This document shows positions 38,384-48,742 of a DNA stretch of 64,000 nucleotides, in pieces. This DNA is from Alphaproteobacteria bacterium. Lineage in GTDB: Bacteria; Pseudomonadota; Alphaproteobacteria; UBA828. The notes beneath the pieces were generated by a model that searched no databases, was not told the DNA's origin, and saw only the letters and a list, made by a program, of their open reading frames with translations. Made by a program: the position numbers and the translations under genes. The DNA lies in contig CBDCRW010000001.1 of assembly GCA_965221125.1 (NCBI GenBank), positions 38,230 through 102,229 on the forward strand, written 5' to 3'. Each line of letters opens with the position of its first letter. Position 1 is the stretch's first letter.

Positions 38384-39580
38384 TCAGGCGGCGGTCGCGC
38401 TTGCCGCTGCGGCGGCCGCTCTGCGGCGCGAGGGGCGCGGCGTGCTCGCCGACTTGAGCTGGCCGCAGGCGGCGAGGATGTCCCGGCCGCGCGGGGCGCG
38501 CACCGGCGCCGCATAGCCCGCGCGGTTGACGATGGCGGCGAAGCGCTCGATCGCCTCCGGCGAGGAGCACGCGTAGGGCGCGCCCGGCCACGGGTTGAAG
38601 GGGATCAGGTTGAGCTTGGCCGGGATACCGGCGATCAGGCGGATCAGCGCGCGGGCGTCGGCCTCCGAGTCGTTCACGCCCTTCAGCATCACGTACTCGA
38701 AGGTGATGCGGCGCGCGTTGCTGGCGCCGGGGTAGCGGCGGCATGCGTCGAGCAGCTCGGCGATCGGGTGCTTGCGGTTGATCGGGACCAGCTCGTCGCG
38801 CAACTCGTCGCGCACGGCGTGGAGCGAGATCGCGAGGCCGACGCCGAGCTCCGCGCCGCAGCGCTCGATCATCGGCACGACGCCGGCGGTGGACAGCGTG
38901 ATGCGCCGCCGCGAGAGCGCGATCCCCTCCGGGTCCATCACGATGCGGAGCGCCTTGGCGACGTTGTCGTAGTTGTAGAGCGGCTCCCCCATGCCCATCA
39001 TCACGATGTTCGACAGCATGCGCTGCCCGCGCGGCGACGGCCATTCGCCGTAGGAATCGCGGGCCACCAGGAACTGCGCGACGATCTCCCCGGCATCGAG
39101 GTTGCGCACCATGCGCTGGGTGCCGGTGTGGCAGAAGGTGCACGACAGCGTGCAGCCGACCTGCGAGGAGATGCAGAGCGCGCCGCGGTCCTCCTCCGGG
39201 ATGTAGACCGATTCCACCTCGCGGCCGTCGGCGAAGCGCAGCAGCCACTTGCGCGTGCCGTCCGCAGACCGCTGCTCCGCCGCCGTCTCCGGGCGCGCCA
39301 GGGTGTGGCGCTCGGCGAGCGCGGCGCGGAGTGCGCCGCCGATGGTGGTCATCGCGTCGAACTCGACGGCGCCCCGGTGGTAGATCCAGTGCCAGAGCTG
39401 CTTGGAGCGCATCCCGACCTTCTCGGGCGGCACGCCTGCGGCCTGCAGGCGCTCGGCAAGCTCCGCCCGCGTGAGGCCGATCAGGCTCTCGCGCCCGTCC
39501 TCCGGGGAATTCGCCTTGTTCGCTGTGTCGCCGCCGGCGCCGGACCGGGAATGCGCGCCGGGTTCTGTCGCTACGGGCAC
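38384..39580 (-). CDS. rlmN: 23S rRNA/tRNA m2A methyltransferase; GTG start uncertain
   Basis: [24 protein letters not shown] and DILAACGQL motifs. Confidence 0.96.
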   Translation of the reverse strand: MPVATEPGAHSRSGAGGDTANKANSPEDGRESLIGLTRAELAERLQAAGVPPEKVGMRSKQLWHWIYHRGAVEFDAMTTIGGALRAALAERHTLARPETAAEQRSADGTRKWLLRFADGREVESVYIPEEDRGALCISSQVGCTLSCTFCHTGTQRMVRNLDAGEIVAQFLVARDSYGEWPSPRGQRMLSNIVMMGMGEPLYNYDNVAKALRIVMDPEGIALSRRRITLSTAGVVPMIERCGAELGVGLAISLHAVRDELRDELVPINRKHPIAELLDACRRYPGASNARRITFEYVMLKGVNDSEADARALIRLIAGIPAKLNLIPFNPWPGAPYACSSPEAIERFAAIVNRAGYAAPVRAPRGRDILAACGQLKSASTPRPSRRRAAAAAASATAA

Positions 39581-40107
39581 GCCCTGCTGATGGCGTCGTG
39601 GATCTTGGTAAAGCCGATGAGGGAATACGTGTCCTCGGAGAAGGTGTTCTTGAGCGACACCCCGCGCACCTTCAGCTCGCGGCCGCGGATCATGGCCTTG
39701 ACGACGGTGGCGTCGTCCTCCTCGTCGCTCACCCACGCGTGCTCCCCGTGGGTCAGGTCGAAATTGTAGCGCCGCCCGTCGATGGTCACCTTCACGGGCT
39801 TGCCCTCGGGATAGGGATAGCCGGAGGTGACGCTCACCTCTTCGGTGGTCCTGCTGCCCTGGCGGCGCGTCACCATGATGTTGGGCGCGCCACGCCGCTT
39901 GTAGTTGCCCGTGGACTTGGCGGGCTTCGCGTGCATGTAGCAGACCTTGCTGCCGTCGCTCACGTAGGTGTGAGACTTCCAATTCGCGTTGTCGGCCAAG
40001 GGCTCGGGCTTGACCTGCGCGTGTCCCTGCTGCGCCCCCACGAGGAGCGCGATGCAGAGAAACGCCGCGAAAACGAGGGCCGGCGCTGCGGCGATACGTC
40101 GGATCAT
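39571..40107 (-). CDS. Invasion-associated locus B-like exported protein
   Basis: Signal peptide, KVCY and DTYSLIGF...AISRAC; usual neighbour of rlmN in alphaproteobacteria. Confidence 0.8.
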   Translation of the reverse strand: MIRRIAAAPALVFAAFLCIALLVGAQQGHAQVKPEPLADNANWKSHTYVSDGSKVCYMHAKPAKSTGNYKRRGAPNIMVTRRQGSRTTEEVSVTSGYPYPEGKPVKVTIDGRRYNFDLTHGEHAWVSDEEDDATVVKAMIRGRELKVRGVSLKNTFSEDTYSLIGFTKIHDAISRACP

Positions 40108-40277
40108 GGCCTCTTGCAATGTAGTGCCGAGTGGCGCGGAGCATAGCGAAATTGGAAACGGGCCGCCAGTACCTCTCACCGCCCGTTCGGGTCACGATTT
40201 CGGCAGCGGCCGCCGCTCGACCGGCGCGCCGGGGCGAAGCGGTTTACGGCAGGCCCGCCGCAGGCCATATAGTGGAC

Positions 40278-40847
40278 ATGGCAATTCTCAAGATCGCGCG
40301 CATGGGCCATCCCGTGCTGGGCAGGCCGGCATTGCCGGTCGCGGACCCCGGCGCGCCGGAGATCGCGCGCCTGATCGTCGACATGGTCGACACGCTGGTG
40401 GACGCGAACGGGGCGGGCCTGGCCGCGCCCCAGGTGCACGTGCCGCTGCGGCTCGTGCTCTTTCGCGTGCCGCCCGGCCGCGAGACGGCTGAGCAGGAAA
40501 GTGGCGAAGACGACGGCGACTCGGCGCCGGCATCCGTCCTCGAGTCGCCCACGGTGCTCATCAACCCGGAGATCGAGCCGATCGGCACGCGCATGGCGGA
40601 GGACATGGAGGCCTGCCTCTCGCTCCCCGGCCTCGCCGGGATGGTGCCGCGCCACGACCACATCCGCTACCGCTGGACGGACATCCTGGGAGAGGAACAC
40701 GAGCAGGAGGCGACGGGCTTCCACGCCCGCGTCGTGCAGCACGAGTGCGATCACCTGGACGGCATTCTCTACCCGATGCGGATGACCGACCTCTCCACCC
40801 TGGCGTTCACCAGCGAGCTCGGCCGCTCACAGCCGGCGGAGGACTGA
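40278..40847 (+). CDS. def: Peptide deformylase
   Basis: GAGLAAPQ, EACLS and QHECDHLDG motifs. Confidence 0.96.
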   Translation: MAILKIARMGHPVLGRPALPVADPGAPEIARLIVDMVDTLVDANGAGLAAPQVHVPLRLVLFRVPPGRETAEQESGEDDGDSAPASVLESPTVLINPEIEPIGTRMAEDMEACLSLPGLAGMVPRHDHIRYRWTDILGEEHEQEATGFHARVVQHECDHLDGILYPMRMTDLSTLAFTSELGRSQPAED

Positions 40848-40850
40848 GGC

Positions 40851-41540
40851 GTGTGGCGCGCGCTGCCGGACGACGAGACCCGCGACCGGCTTCTGCTGGC
40901 CACGCTGGCGCACGTGCCCTTCGACGGCTGGTCCGAGACGGCGCTCGCGGCCGCCGCGGTCGATCTCGGTATCGAGACCGAGGAGGCGCGCAATGCCTTC
41001 CCCGGCGGCGCGGTCGCGCTCGTCACCTATCATGCGGCTTACGCCGACCGCCGCATGGAGGAGGCGCTGAAGGAGGCGGCCCTGGCGGACATGCGGGTGC
41101 GGGAGCGCATCGCCCACGCCGTGCGCGTCCGGCTGGAGCAGAACGCGGCGCACCGGGAGGCGATTCGCGCGGCGCTGCCGATCCTGGCGCAGCCCGGCAA
41201 CGGCCCCCACGCCCTCTATTCCCTCTACCGCACCGTGGACGCGGTCTGGTTCGCGGTCGGCGACACGTCGACCGATTTCGGCTTCTACACCAAGCGCGCC
41301 CTGCTGGCCGGGGTCTATCTCTCGACCCTGCTCTACTGGCTGAACGATGGCTCGGAGGAGGCGCAAGCGACCTGGGGCTTTCTCGACCGCCGCATCGCCG
41401 ACGTCATGCGCATCCAGACGGCGCGGGGGCGCTTTGCCCGCTTCCGCCCGCCCGGCGCGGAGCTGCTGCGGCGCCTGCGCGAAGCCGCCCGCGCCGCCGC
41501 CGACCCCATGCGCGGCCGAGGCCCGCAGAGCCCGGCTTAG
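40851..41540 (+). CDS. COQ9 family protein
   Basis: HVPFDGWS and GDTSTDFGFYTKRALL motifs. Confidence 0.9.
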   Translation: MWRALPDDETRDRLLLATLAHVPFDGWSETALAAAAVDLGIETEEARNAFPGGAVALVTYHAAYADRRMEEALKEAALADMRVRERIAHAVRVRLEQNAAHREAIRAALPILAQPGNGPHALYSLYRTVDAVWFAVGDTSTDFGFYTKRALLAGVYLSTLLYWLNDGSEEAQATWGFLDRRIADVMRIQTARGRFARFRPPGAELLRRLREAARAAADPMRGRGPQSPA

Positions 41541-41628
41541 CCCGCACCCGTTGCTCCCATCGCGGGCCGGTTCGTCTCGTGCCGGGCCAGCCTGTATGGT
41601 GGCGGCGGCTCGCCATCAGGAGTGATCG

Positions 41629-42864
41629 ATGACCGCGATTTCCCCGCTTGCGCCCGCGCGCTTCCCCGACATGCCGCCGGTCCCCGGCGTTCGCCTCGCT
41701 GCCGCCGAGGCGAGGCTGCGCTACGAGGGCCGCCCCGATCTGCTGCTGGCGTCGTTCCCGCCGGAGACCGCCGTCGCGGGCACGCTCACCCGCTCGCACA
41801 CGGCAGCGCCGCCGGTGCACTGGTGCCGGGCGCTGCTGGGCGAGGGCGGAGGCGGCGCACGCGCCCTGGTGGTCAATGCGGGCAACGCGAACGCCGCGAC
41901 CGGCGGGCAAGGCGACGCCGCCGTGCGCCGGACGGCCGAAGCGGCTGCGGCGCTCGTCGGCTGCCGGGCCGACGAGGTCTACGTCAGCTCGACCGGCGTG
42001 ATCGGCGAGCAGTTGCCGGTGGAGCGCCTGACCGCGGCGCTGCCGGGTCTGCACGGGCGCCTCTCCGACAGCGCCTGGCCCGAGGCCGCCCGCGCGATCA
42101 TGACCACGGACACCTACCCCAAGGGTGCGACGGCCAGCGCGGCGATCGACGGCGTGCCGGTGGTTGTCAACGGCATCGCCAAGGGCTCCGGCATGATCGC
42201 GCCCAACATGGGCACCATGCTCGCCTACGTCTTCACCGATGCGAACCTGCCGGCTGCCGTGCTGAGACCGATGGTGCGGCGCGGCGTCAATCGCTCCTTC
42301 AACGCCATCACGGTGGACGGCGACACGTCCACCAACGACACCTGCCTCCTCTTCGCCACCGGCGCCGCCGGGCACCGGCGGATCGCGCGCGCCGGCGATG
42401 CGCGGCTGCAGTCGTTCCGCGCCGCGCTGGAGGCGGTGCTGACCGATCTCGCCCGGCAGATCGTGCGGGACGGCGAGGGCGCCACGAAGCTCGTCGCGAT
42501 CACCGTGCGCGGCGCGGCCTCGGAGGCGGCCGCGCGCAAGCTCGGGCTCGCCATCGCCAACTCGCCGCTGGTCAAGACCGCGATCGCCGGCGAGGACCCC
42601 AACTGGGGGCGGATCGTCGCCGTGGTGGGCCGCGCCGGCGTGGCCTTCGATCAAGCGCAGCTCGCGATCTGGCTCGGGGCCGAGCGCGCGGCGGCGAACG
42701 GCGTGGCCGACCCCGCCTTCGACGAGCCGGCCGCGGCCCGCCACATGAAGGGGCAGGAGGTGGAGATTACCGTCGAGATCGGCTCCGGCCCCGGCGCGGC
42801 GACCGTCTGGACCTGCGACCTCACCCACGGCTACATCGAGATCAATGCCGACTACCGCTCCTGA
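41629..42864 (+). CDS. argJ: Bifunctional ornithine acetyltransferase/N-acetylglutamate synthase
   Basis: NAGNANA, IMTTDT, KGSGMIAPNMGTML, DGEGATK and DPNWGR motifs. Confidence 0.97.
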   Translation: MTAISPLAPARFPDMPPVPGVRLAAAEARLRYEGRPDLLLASFPPETAVAGTLTRSHTAAPPVHWCRALLGEGGGGARALVVNAGNANAATGGQGDAAVRRTAEAAAALVGCRADEVYVSSTGVIGEQLPVERLTAALPGLHGRLSDSAWPEAARAIMTTDTYPKGATASAAIDGVPVVVNGIAKGSGMIAPNMGTMLAYVFTDANLPAAVLRPMVRRGVNRSFNAITVDGDTSTNDTCLLFATGAAGHRRIARAGDARLQSFRAALEAVLTDLARQIVRDGEGATKLVAITVRGAASEAAARKLGLAIANSPLVKTAIAGEDPNWGRIVAVVGRAGVAFDQAQLAIWLGAERAAANGVADPAFDEPAAARHMKGQEVEITVEIGSGPGAATVWTCDLTHGYIEINADYRS

Positions 42865-43270
42865 AGCGGAGAAGCCCATCGTCCTCGTGGCCGCGGTCGC
42901 GCTGGTCGATGCGGACGGCCGCGTGCTGCTGGCGCGGAGGCCGCCGGGCAAGGCCATGGCGGGGCTCTGGGAGTTCCCCGGCGGCAAGATCGCGGGCGGC
43001 GAGACGCCGGAGCGAGCGCTGATCCGCGAGCTGCGGGAGGAACTCGGGATCGACACGGAGCAGAGCTGCCTCGCGCCCCTGGCCTTCGCCTCCCACGGCT
43101 ACGACGACTTTCACCTTCTCATGCCGCTCTACGTCTGCCGCGTCTGGAGCGGTGTGGCGACGCCGAAGGAGGGGCAGGAGCTTCGCTGGGTGCGGCCGGC
43201 GCGACTCCGCGACTTCCCCATGCCGCCGGCGGATGCGCCGCTGATCCCCGTGCTGCGGGACCTTCTCTAG
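42845..43270 (+). CDS. mutT: 8-oxo-dGTP diphosphatase
   Basis: Nudix box WEFPGGKIAGGETPERALIRELREELGI; follows argJ. Confidence 0.93.
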   Translation: MPTTAPEAEKPIVLVAAVALVDADGRVLLARRPPGKAMAGLWEFPGGKIAGGETPERALIRELREELGIDTEQSCLAPLAFASHGYDDFHLLMPLYVCRVWSGVATPKEGQELRWVRPARLRDFPMPPADAPLIPVLRDLL

Positions 43271-43416
43271 AGCGTATCCGTGATGCACGGAAACGCTCTG
43301 ACTCTTTATCGCTCACGGCAGCCGGTCTTCGACCGGCGCCTGCGCGGGCGCGCCGCATTCGCGGCGGGCCGCTATCGCGGCCTATCGCGCGTCCGTATGG
43401 GTTGGACGCGCTCGAG
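43268..43416 (+). repeat. Palindromic intergenic repeat of about 150 bp, copy 1
   Basis: Starts TAGAGCG at the mutT stop; terminal hairpins; core TCGCTCACGGCAGCCGG...GCGGCGGGCCGCTATCGCG. Confidence 0.85.
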
Positions 43417-43428
43417 CCCCGTGCCGCC

Positions 43429-44538
43429 ATGAAGATCACGGCAATCGAGATCACCCGGCACCGCATCGCGCTCGACCCGCCCGTGCCGGTCTCGTGGGAC
43501 AGCCGGCCGCGCGGGAGCTTCACGGTCAGCCTCGTGCGCGTCCGCACCGACGAGGGGCTGGAGGGCGTGGCCGCAGGCGACACGATGGGCGGCTTTTCCG
43601 AGCACGCCGATCTCTTCCTGGGCCGCGACCCGCGCGACATCGAGCGCCACCACGCCGTGCTCGACAACCTCTGCTTCCACCACGGGCGCTGGTGGCCGCT
43701 CGACATCGCGCTCTGGGACCTGCGCGGCAGGATCGAGGGCGCGCCGGTGTTCCGCCTGCTGGGCGGCGGCGAGGGCCGCGTGCGGGCCTACGCCTCGACC
43801 GCGCTCCGGCGCGACGAGGCCGCGAGCCGGGACCTCGCGCAGATGCTCGTTGGGCGCGGGTTCCCCGCCATCAAGCTGCGCTGCTCCACCGACGACTGGC
43901 GCCGCGACCTGGCCCGCTTCGCCGCGGTGCGCGACGCGGTGGGGCCCGGCATCGATCTGATGGTCGATTGCAACCAGGCGTGGCGCATGCCCTGGGACAC
44001 GGCGCCGGCATGGGATCTTGCGACCGCGCGCGAGGTGGCCCGTGCGCTCGCCGATCTCGACATCTACTGGATGGAGGAGCCGCTGCACCGCGGCGACTAC
44101 GCCGGCATGGCGGCGCTGCGTGCCGAGACCGGCGTCAGGATCGCCGGCGGCGAGGTGACCCGCGAGGCGCACGAGTTCCACACCCTGATCGAGCGGGGCT
44201 GCCTCGACGTGCTGCAGCCGGACTGCGTCTTCGTGGGCGGCATCACCGGGTGCGCGCGCATCGCCGCGGCGGCGCGCAAGGCGGGCCTCACGTTCACGCC
44301 CCACACCTGGGGCAGCGGCCTGATGCTGCTCGCCAACGCCCATCTGACGGCCGGTACCGGCGGCGCGCCCTATCTGGAGTTTCCGTTCGACCCGCCGGAC
44401 TGGGTGCCGGCCCGGCGCGACTTCTACCTCGCCGAGCGGATCGAGACCGATGCCGATGGCTGGCTGGTGCTGCCGGAACGCCCCGGCCTCGGCGCCGTGC
44501 TCGACGAGGACGTGCTGCGCGCGACCCGGATCGGGTAG
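43429..44538 (+). CDS. Mandelate racemase/muconate lactonizing enzyme family protein
   Basis: DIALWDL, LMVDCNQ, WMEEPL, IAGGE, LQPD and PGLG motifs. Confidence 0.93.
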   Translation: MKITAIEITRHRIALDPPVPVSWDSRPRGSFTVSLVRVRTDEGLEGVAAGDTMGGFSEHADLFLGRDPRDIERHHAVLDNLCFHHGRWWPLDIALWDLRGRIEGAPVFRLLGGGEGRVRAYASTALRRDEAASRDLAQMLVGRGFPAIKLRCSTDDWRRDLARFAAVRDAVGPGIDLMVDCNQAWRMPWDTAPAWDLATAREVARALADLDIYWMEEPLHRGDYAGMAALRAETGVRIAGGEVTREAHEFHTLIERGCLDVLQPDCVFVGGITGCARIAAAARKAGLTFTPHTWGSGLMLLANAHLTAGTGGAPYLEFPFDPPDWVPARRDFYLAERIETDADGWLVLPERPGLGAVLDEDVLRATRIG

Positions 44539-44682
44539 AGCGCGTCCGTCTCTTGCGGACGCGCGACAGGCCGCGACAGCGGCCCGCCGCGCATGCGGCG
44601 CCCTCGCGGAGGCGCCGGCTGCAAGCCGGCTGCCGTGAGCGACAAAGAATTCAGAGCGTTTTCGCGCAAGGTGGAGCGCTCT
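44536..44682 (-). repeat. Palindromic intergenic repeat, copy 2 (inverted relative to copy 1)
   Basis: Aligns along its length with the reverse complement of 43268-43416; begins at the TAG stop of the preceding gene. Confidence 0.85.
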
Positions 44683-44768
44683 TGGAGCGGGCCCCCGCGC
44701 CGGGATGACAGGGAGGCCCGCAGCGGCCATGATCCCGGCCCCGATCCACGACCGCCGAGGAGTCGCCG

Positions 44769-46172
44769 GTGACCGATGATCTCTGCTTTACGCCCGCCAC
44801 CGAACTCAGCACCCTGATCCGCAGCAAGGCGCTCTCCCCGGTCGAGCTGGTCGACGCCGTGCTCGCCCGCGTCGAGGCCTACGAGCCCCGCGTCAACGCC
44901 TTCGCCACGTTGACCGCCGAGCGCGCGCGCGACGCCGCCCGGCGCGCCGAGGCTGCGTTGATGAAAGGCGAGGCGGCCGGCTCGCTGTTCGGCCTCCCCG
45001 TCACCATCAAGGACCTGACCGAGACCGCCGGAATCCCCACCGAGCGCGGCTCGCACTCGCTGAAGGACCACGTGCCGACGGTGGACGCGCCGGTGATCCC
45101 GCGGCTGGAGGAGGCCGGCGCCATCATTCTCGGCAAGACCACCACGTCGGAGTTCGGCTGGTCGGGCGTGAGCAACAGCCCGCTCACGGGGATCACGTCG
45201 AACCCGTGGAAGGAGGGCTACAACGCGGGCGCCTCCTCCGCCGGCGCAGGCGCCGCCGCCGCGGCAGGCTACGGGCCGCTGCACCAGGGCTCGGACGGCG
45301 CGGGGTCGATCCGCATGCCGTCCCACTTCAGCGGCATCTTCGGCCTGAAGCCCACCTATGGGCGGGTGCCCAACTGGCCGGTGCCGAACAACGACCAGGT
45401 TTCCCACGTCGGGCCGATGACGCGAACCGTGGGCGACGCCGCTCTGATGCTGCACGCCATGGCGGGCCCGCACCCGTGGGATCACACCAGTCTCGAGGCC
45501 GGCCCCGCCGACTACATGGCCGGGCTCGACGACGGGATCGCGGGCCTCAAGGTGGCCTACAGCCCCGACCTCGGCCACGCCCGCGTCGATGAGGACGTCG
45601 CGGCGCTGGTGCAGAGCGCGGCCGAGGCGTTCGAGTCTCTCGGGTGCAAGGTCGAGACCCCGACGCTGCCTTTCGGCCCCGAGGGGCCCGAGATCATCCG
45701 CCTGCTCTGGCCCATCCACCTCCACGCCTACCGCCCCCTGCTCGGGGAGTTCGAGAACCGCATGGACCCCGGCCTCGTCGCCTGCATCCGGGCGGCGGAC
45801 GGGGTGACCGGCGCGACCTACCTGGAGACGCGCGCGCGCAAGCTCGCTTACGTGGAGGCCGTGCACCGCTTCTTCGAGGAGTGGGACCTGTTGCTCACGC
45901 CGGCCGTCTCCACGCCCGCGTTCCCGGCCGAGCGGCTGCAGCCCGCGCACTGGCCCGCGCACCCGTGGGACTGGATCGCGTGGGCCGAGTTCTCCTATCC
46001 CTTCAACTTCAGCCACAACCCCGCCGCCTCGGTGCCCTGCGGTTTCACCGACGAGGGGCTCCCGGTCGGCTTGCAGATCGTGGGCAAGCGCTTCGCCGAC
46101 CTCGCCGTGCTGCAGGCGGCACGCGCCTTTGAGCAGGCGCGCCCGTGGGCCGACTGCCGCCCGGCGCTGTAG
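44769..46172 (+). CDS. Amidase signature family protein
   Basis: GLPVTIKD, GASSAG and GSDGAGSIRMP motifs. Confidence 0.95.
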   Translation: MTDDLCFTPATELSTLIRSKALSPVELVDAVLARVEAYEPRVNAFATLTAERARDAARRAEAALMKGEAAGSLFGLPVTIKDLTETAGIPTERGSHSLKDHVPTVDAPVIPRLEEAGAIILGKTTTSEFGWSGVSNSPLTGITSNPWKEGYNAGASSAGAGAAAAAGYGPLHQGSDGAGSIRMPSHFSGIFGLKPTYGRVPNWPVPNNDQVSHVGPMTRTVGDAALMLHAMAGPHPWDHTSLEAGPADYMAGLDDGIAGLKVAYSPDLGHARVDEDVAALVQSAAEAFESLGCKVETPTLPFGPEGPEIIRLLWPIHLHAYRPLLGEFENRMDPGLVACIRAADGVTGATYLETRARKLAYVEAVHRFFEEWDLLLTPAVSTPAFPAERLQPAHWPAHPWDWIAWAEFSYPFNFSHNPAASVPCGFTDEGLPVGLQIVGKRFADLAVLQAARAFEQARPWADCRPAL

Positions 46173-46289
46173 AGCGGGGGCACTCTCCCGCGCACGAGCC
46201 CGCCTTCGCGTTGCTTGCCGGCCGCCGGCGCCTGGCGCTATAAGGAGCGCGCGCAGGCGCGGTCAGGCCGTTCCGCGCGCGTCATCGGT

Positions 46290-46366
46290 CGGAGTGTAGC
46301 TCAGCTTGGTAGAGCACCGTCTTCGGGAGGCGGGGGTCGGTGGTTCAAATCCACTCACTCCGACCA
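46290..46366 (+). tRNA. tRNA-Pro(CGG)
   Basis: CGGAGTGTAGCTCAGCTTGGTAGAGCACCGTCTTCGGGAGGCGG...GGTTCAAATCCACTCACTCCGACCA. Confidence 0.97.
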
Positions 46367-46454
46367 TTCATTTCAAGTACTTATCCCAAAAAAGAGAACA
46401 TCCGATTCTCGCGGAAACTGTGCACGTGCGCAGTTTCAGCCGGAACTTGTTCTG

Positions 46455-47849
46455 TCAGCGGGTGCCGGCGAAGCCGGCGCCGAGGTCGTCGCGCACGAGC
46501 GTGCCGCCCATGCCCCGATGGGAGGCGCCGAAGAACGCGCCGGTGATCGCCCCCTCGTCGCCGCCGGTGCGCGCGAAGACGTTGCCGTCCACGGCGATCT
46601 CGTAGCTCAGGTCGCCGTCGCCCCACATGGTGCCGGTGCCGCTTTCGCCGGGCGCGCCGGACCAGGACTCGAGAGACGTGAAATCGAGGTCGCCGTCGAG
46701 GGCTGAGAGGTCGACATCGAGGTCGGCGGCGCCGGCGACGGTCGCACCGGCAGGCGTGAGGCCGAGCAGGCGGCCGGACCAGCTCGCGCTGCCCATGAGC
46801 TGCGGGTTGTCGGCGAGGTCGCGGCCGGGACGGGGGCCGAGCGCCCACGGCCGAACGAGGCCGTTGCGCAGCGATGCGCCGAAGGCGAGGTTGCCGAGGT
46901 CGCCGCGCACGTGTGTCGATTCGTCGTCCCATGGCCCGAGGTCCCTGGCGATGTCGGCCGGCGTGGCGCCCGGCGCGAGCACGCCGTAGACCGCCAGCAG
47001 GGCCTCGCGGTCGAGCTGGTGCAGCACGTAGCCCTGCGTCCCCTCCCCGTGCGCGTGCATCAGGGTGGAAGGGAAGCGCGCGGGGTCCGCGTGGCCGCGG
47101 CCGAGGGCGTGGATCAGTTCGTGCACGAGCACCGCCATGGGGTCGTCGCTCCGCGTGCGATCAACCCAGACCCGAACGGTGGAAATGTCCCCGGTGTCAT
47201 AAAACCTTACGGTCGCTATGCCGACCGTGTCTTCGCCCACATCGTCTTCGGCTTCGGGAGACAATTCCCAATCCTCGCGGCGGTCGTACTCGACGAGAAT
47301 CTGACCGTCGGCCATGGTGGGATCGGTGCCGATGCCCGGAGGAACGGCCGCCTCGGAAACGGGCGTCGGATCGACGGCGAGTTGAAAGTCGCGCGGCAGG
47401 TTGGCGTTGATGAGCTGCACGGCGCGGACGATCTCGTCGATCTGCGCGGTCGTGGTGCCTTCGACGAAGCGCACGACCGGCGCCGCGGGGAAGCGCAGCA
47501 GGACCCCGTCGCCGAACGAGGTGTCGGCGCTGAGGTAAGCGGTGAGCTCGGCCGCGCCCAGCCCGTCGCGGAGGCGGCCGTAGCGCACGGCCGCGTCGCC
47601 GTGGGTTGCGGCGGACGCGAGCGCGCCTCGGCCGGGCGGCGGCATGCCGCCGACTCGGAGTTCGTTGCCGAACCGGATGACGGGGGCCTGCCGGGTCGCC
47701 TCGATGCCGAGCGTCGGCAAGTCGAGATCGTGGACGGGTTGCGGAGCAGACTCGGGCGGCGAACCGGAGCCGCCGCCGCAGGCCGCAAGCGCCAGGAGAG
47801 CTACGATGGACGCAACGGCGCCGATCGAGGTCAGCGTATTTCTACACAT
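46455..47849 (-). CDS. Lipoprotein with a zinc-metallopeptidase motif and a C-terminal TbpB-like beta-barrel
   Basis: Lipobox LAAC-GGG; HELIHALGRGH followed by STLM; ends GAITGAFFG...MGGTL...GAGFAGTR. Confidence 0.7.
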   Translation of the reverse strand: MCRNTLTSIGAVASIVALLALAACGGGSGSPPESAPQPVHDLDLPTLGIEATRQAPVIRFGNELRVGGMPPPGRGALASAATHGDAAVRYGRLRDGLGAAELTAYLSADTSFGDGVLLRFPAAPVVRFVEGTTTAQIDEIVRAVQLINANLPRDFQLAVDPTPVSEAAVPPGIGTDPTMADGQILVEYDRREDWELSPEAEDDVGEDTVGIATVRFYDTGDISTVRVWVDRTRSDDPMAVLVHELIHALGRGHADPARFPSTLMHAHGEGTQGYVLHQLDREALLAVYGVLAPGATPADIARDLGPWDDESTHVRGDLGNLAFGASLRNGLVRPWALGPRPGRDLADNPQLMGSASWSGRLLGLTPAGATVAGAADLDVDLSALDGDLDFTSLESWSGAPGESGTGTMWGDGDLSYEIAVDGNVFARTGGDEGAITGAFFGASHRGMGGTLVRDDLGAGFAGTR

Positions 47850-47958
47850 TGCGCGCTCCTTCAACCGGAGGGTTGCCCCATGTGGCAGCCCCTCGCACCG
47901 GGAGTGCGGGAGCGAGCGTCGGCCTTCCGGCGTTTCCCTGTCAACTGGGAAGCGCCTC

Positions 47959-48091
47959 TGGAGCGTTTCCGCGTAGCGCGGAAGCGCTGTCGTACTCTAT
48001 CGCTGACGGCAGCCGGTCGTCCCGTGATTCCGCGCGCCTGCCGGCGCTGTCGATTCCGCGCGCCTGCCGGCGCGATGACCGGCGCCTGCGC
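47959..48091 (+). repeat. Palindromic repeat, copy 3 (partial, with an internal duplication)
   Basis: GAGCGTTTCCGCG...CGGAAGCGCT...TATCGCTGACGGCAGCCGGTC...GACCGGCGCCTGCGC; GATTCCGCGCGCCTGCCGGCGC occurs twice. Confidence 0.75.
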
Positions 48092-48096
48092 AAGGG

Positions 48097-48306
48097 CATT
48101 GTCGAGGACGCGCTCACGGGCGTGGCCCCCGACGACGACGCCTTTCGCGCGGCGGCGAAGGCAGGCGCATGGGCGAGCCCCAGGCCATCGCCGCGGCCAT
48201 CGAGGACGCGCTGAAGCCTTTCGGCATCAAGGTGGATTCGCTCCCGCTAACGCCCAAGGTGCTGCGCGGCATGATCCGCGCCGCGGAGCAGGGGAGCGGG
48301 GGGTGA
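48097..48306 (+). pseudogene. Remnant of molybdenum hydroxylase subunit C-termini
   Basis: MGEPQAIAAAIEDALKPFGIKVDSLPLTPKVL (48169-48306) resembles a CoxL/XdhB end; VEDALTGVAPDDDAFRAAA resembles a CoxM end. Confidence 0.6.
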
Positions 48307-48742
48307 GCCAGCAGGATCGGCGTGAAGGGGAAACAAAAGTATACGAAAGGGAAACAAGGGTATACAAGAGCCTCTTCAGTAACCTCGTAAACCATCATGG
48401 AATTTGGAAAATTCTCTCTCGCAGTAATTTGAGCCGAGTGCAGCCTGCATACAAAAACAATGAATGCCGGCTAGCACTGTGCGTTGCATTGTCGGCTAGA
48501 CTTGGACTACTACTCGCTTTCGCTCAACCGGCCCATTGGTCGAACCGAACGCGTATGTCGTAAGTAAATGGCCTAACACGATCCATTTGCGTGATCGCCG
48601 AAGCAAATTTCTTGTCAAATTCCCTACCTACGACGATAGCACGGGCTTTCGTTCTGTCGCCCTGCACCATCCGCTCCGTCACCCAACCGAGATAACGAAC
48701 AGTTTGCCCAATCACTCGGTCACTAGTTCGTCCCCTCTTTAG

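Noticed and set aside
46170-46180. TAGAGCG at the amidase stop as a fifth repeat copy
   Set aside because: Similarity does not extend beyond 7 bp.
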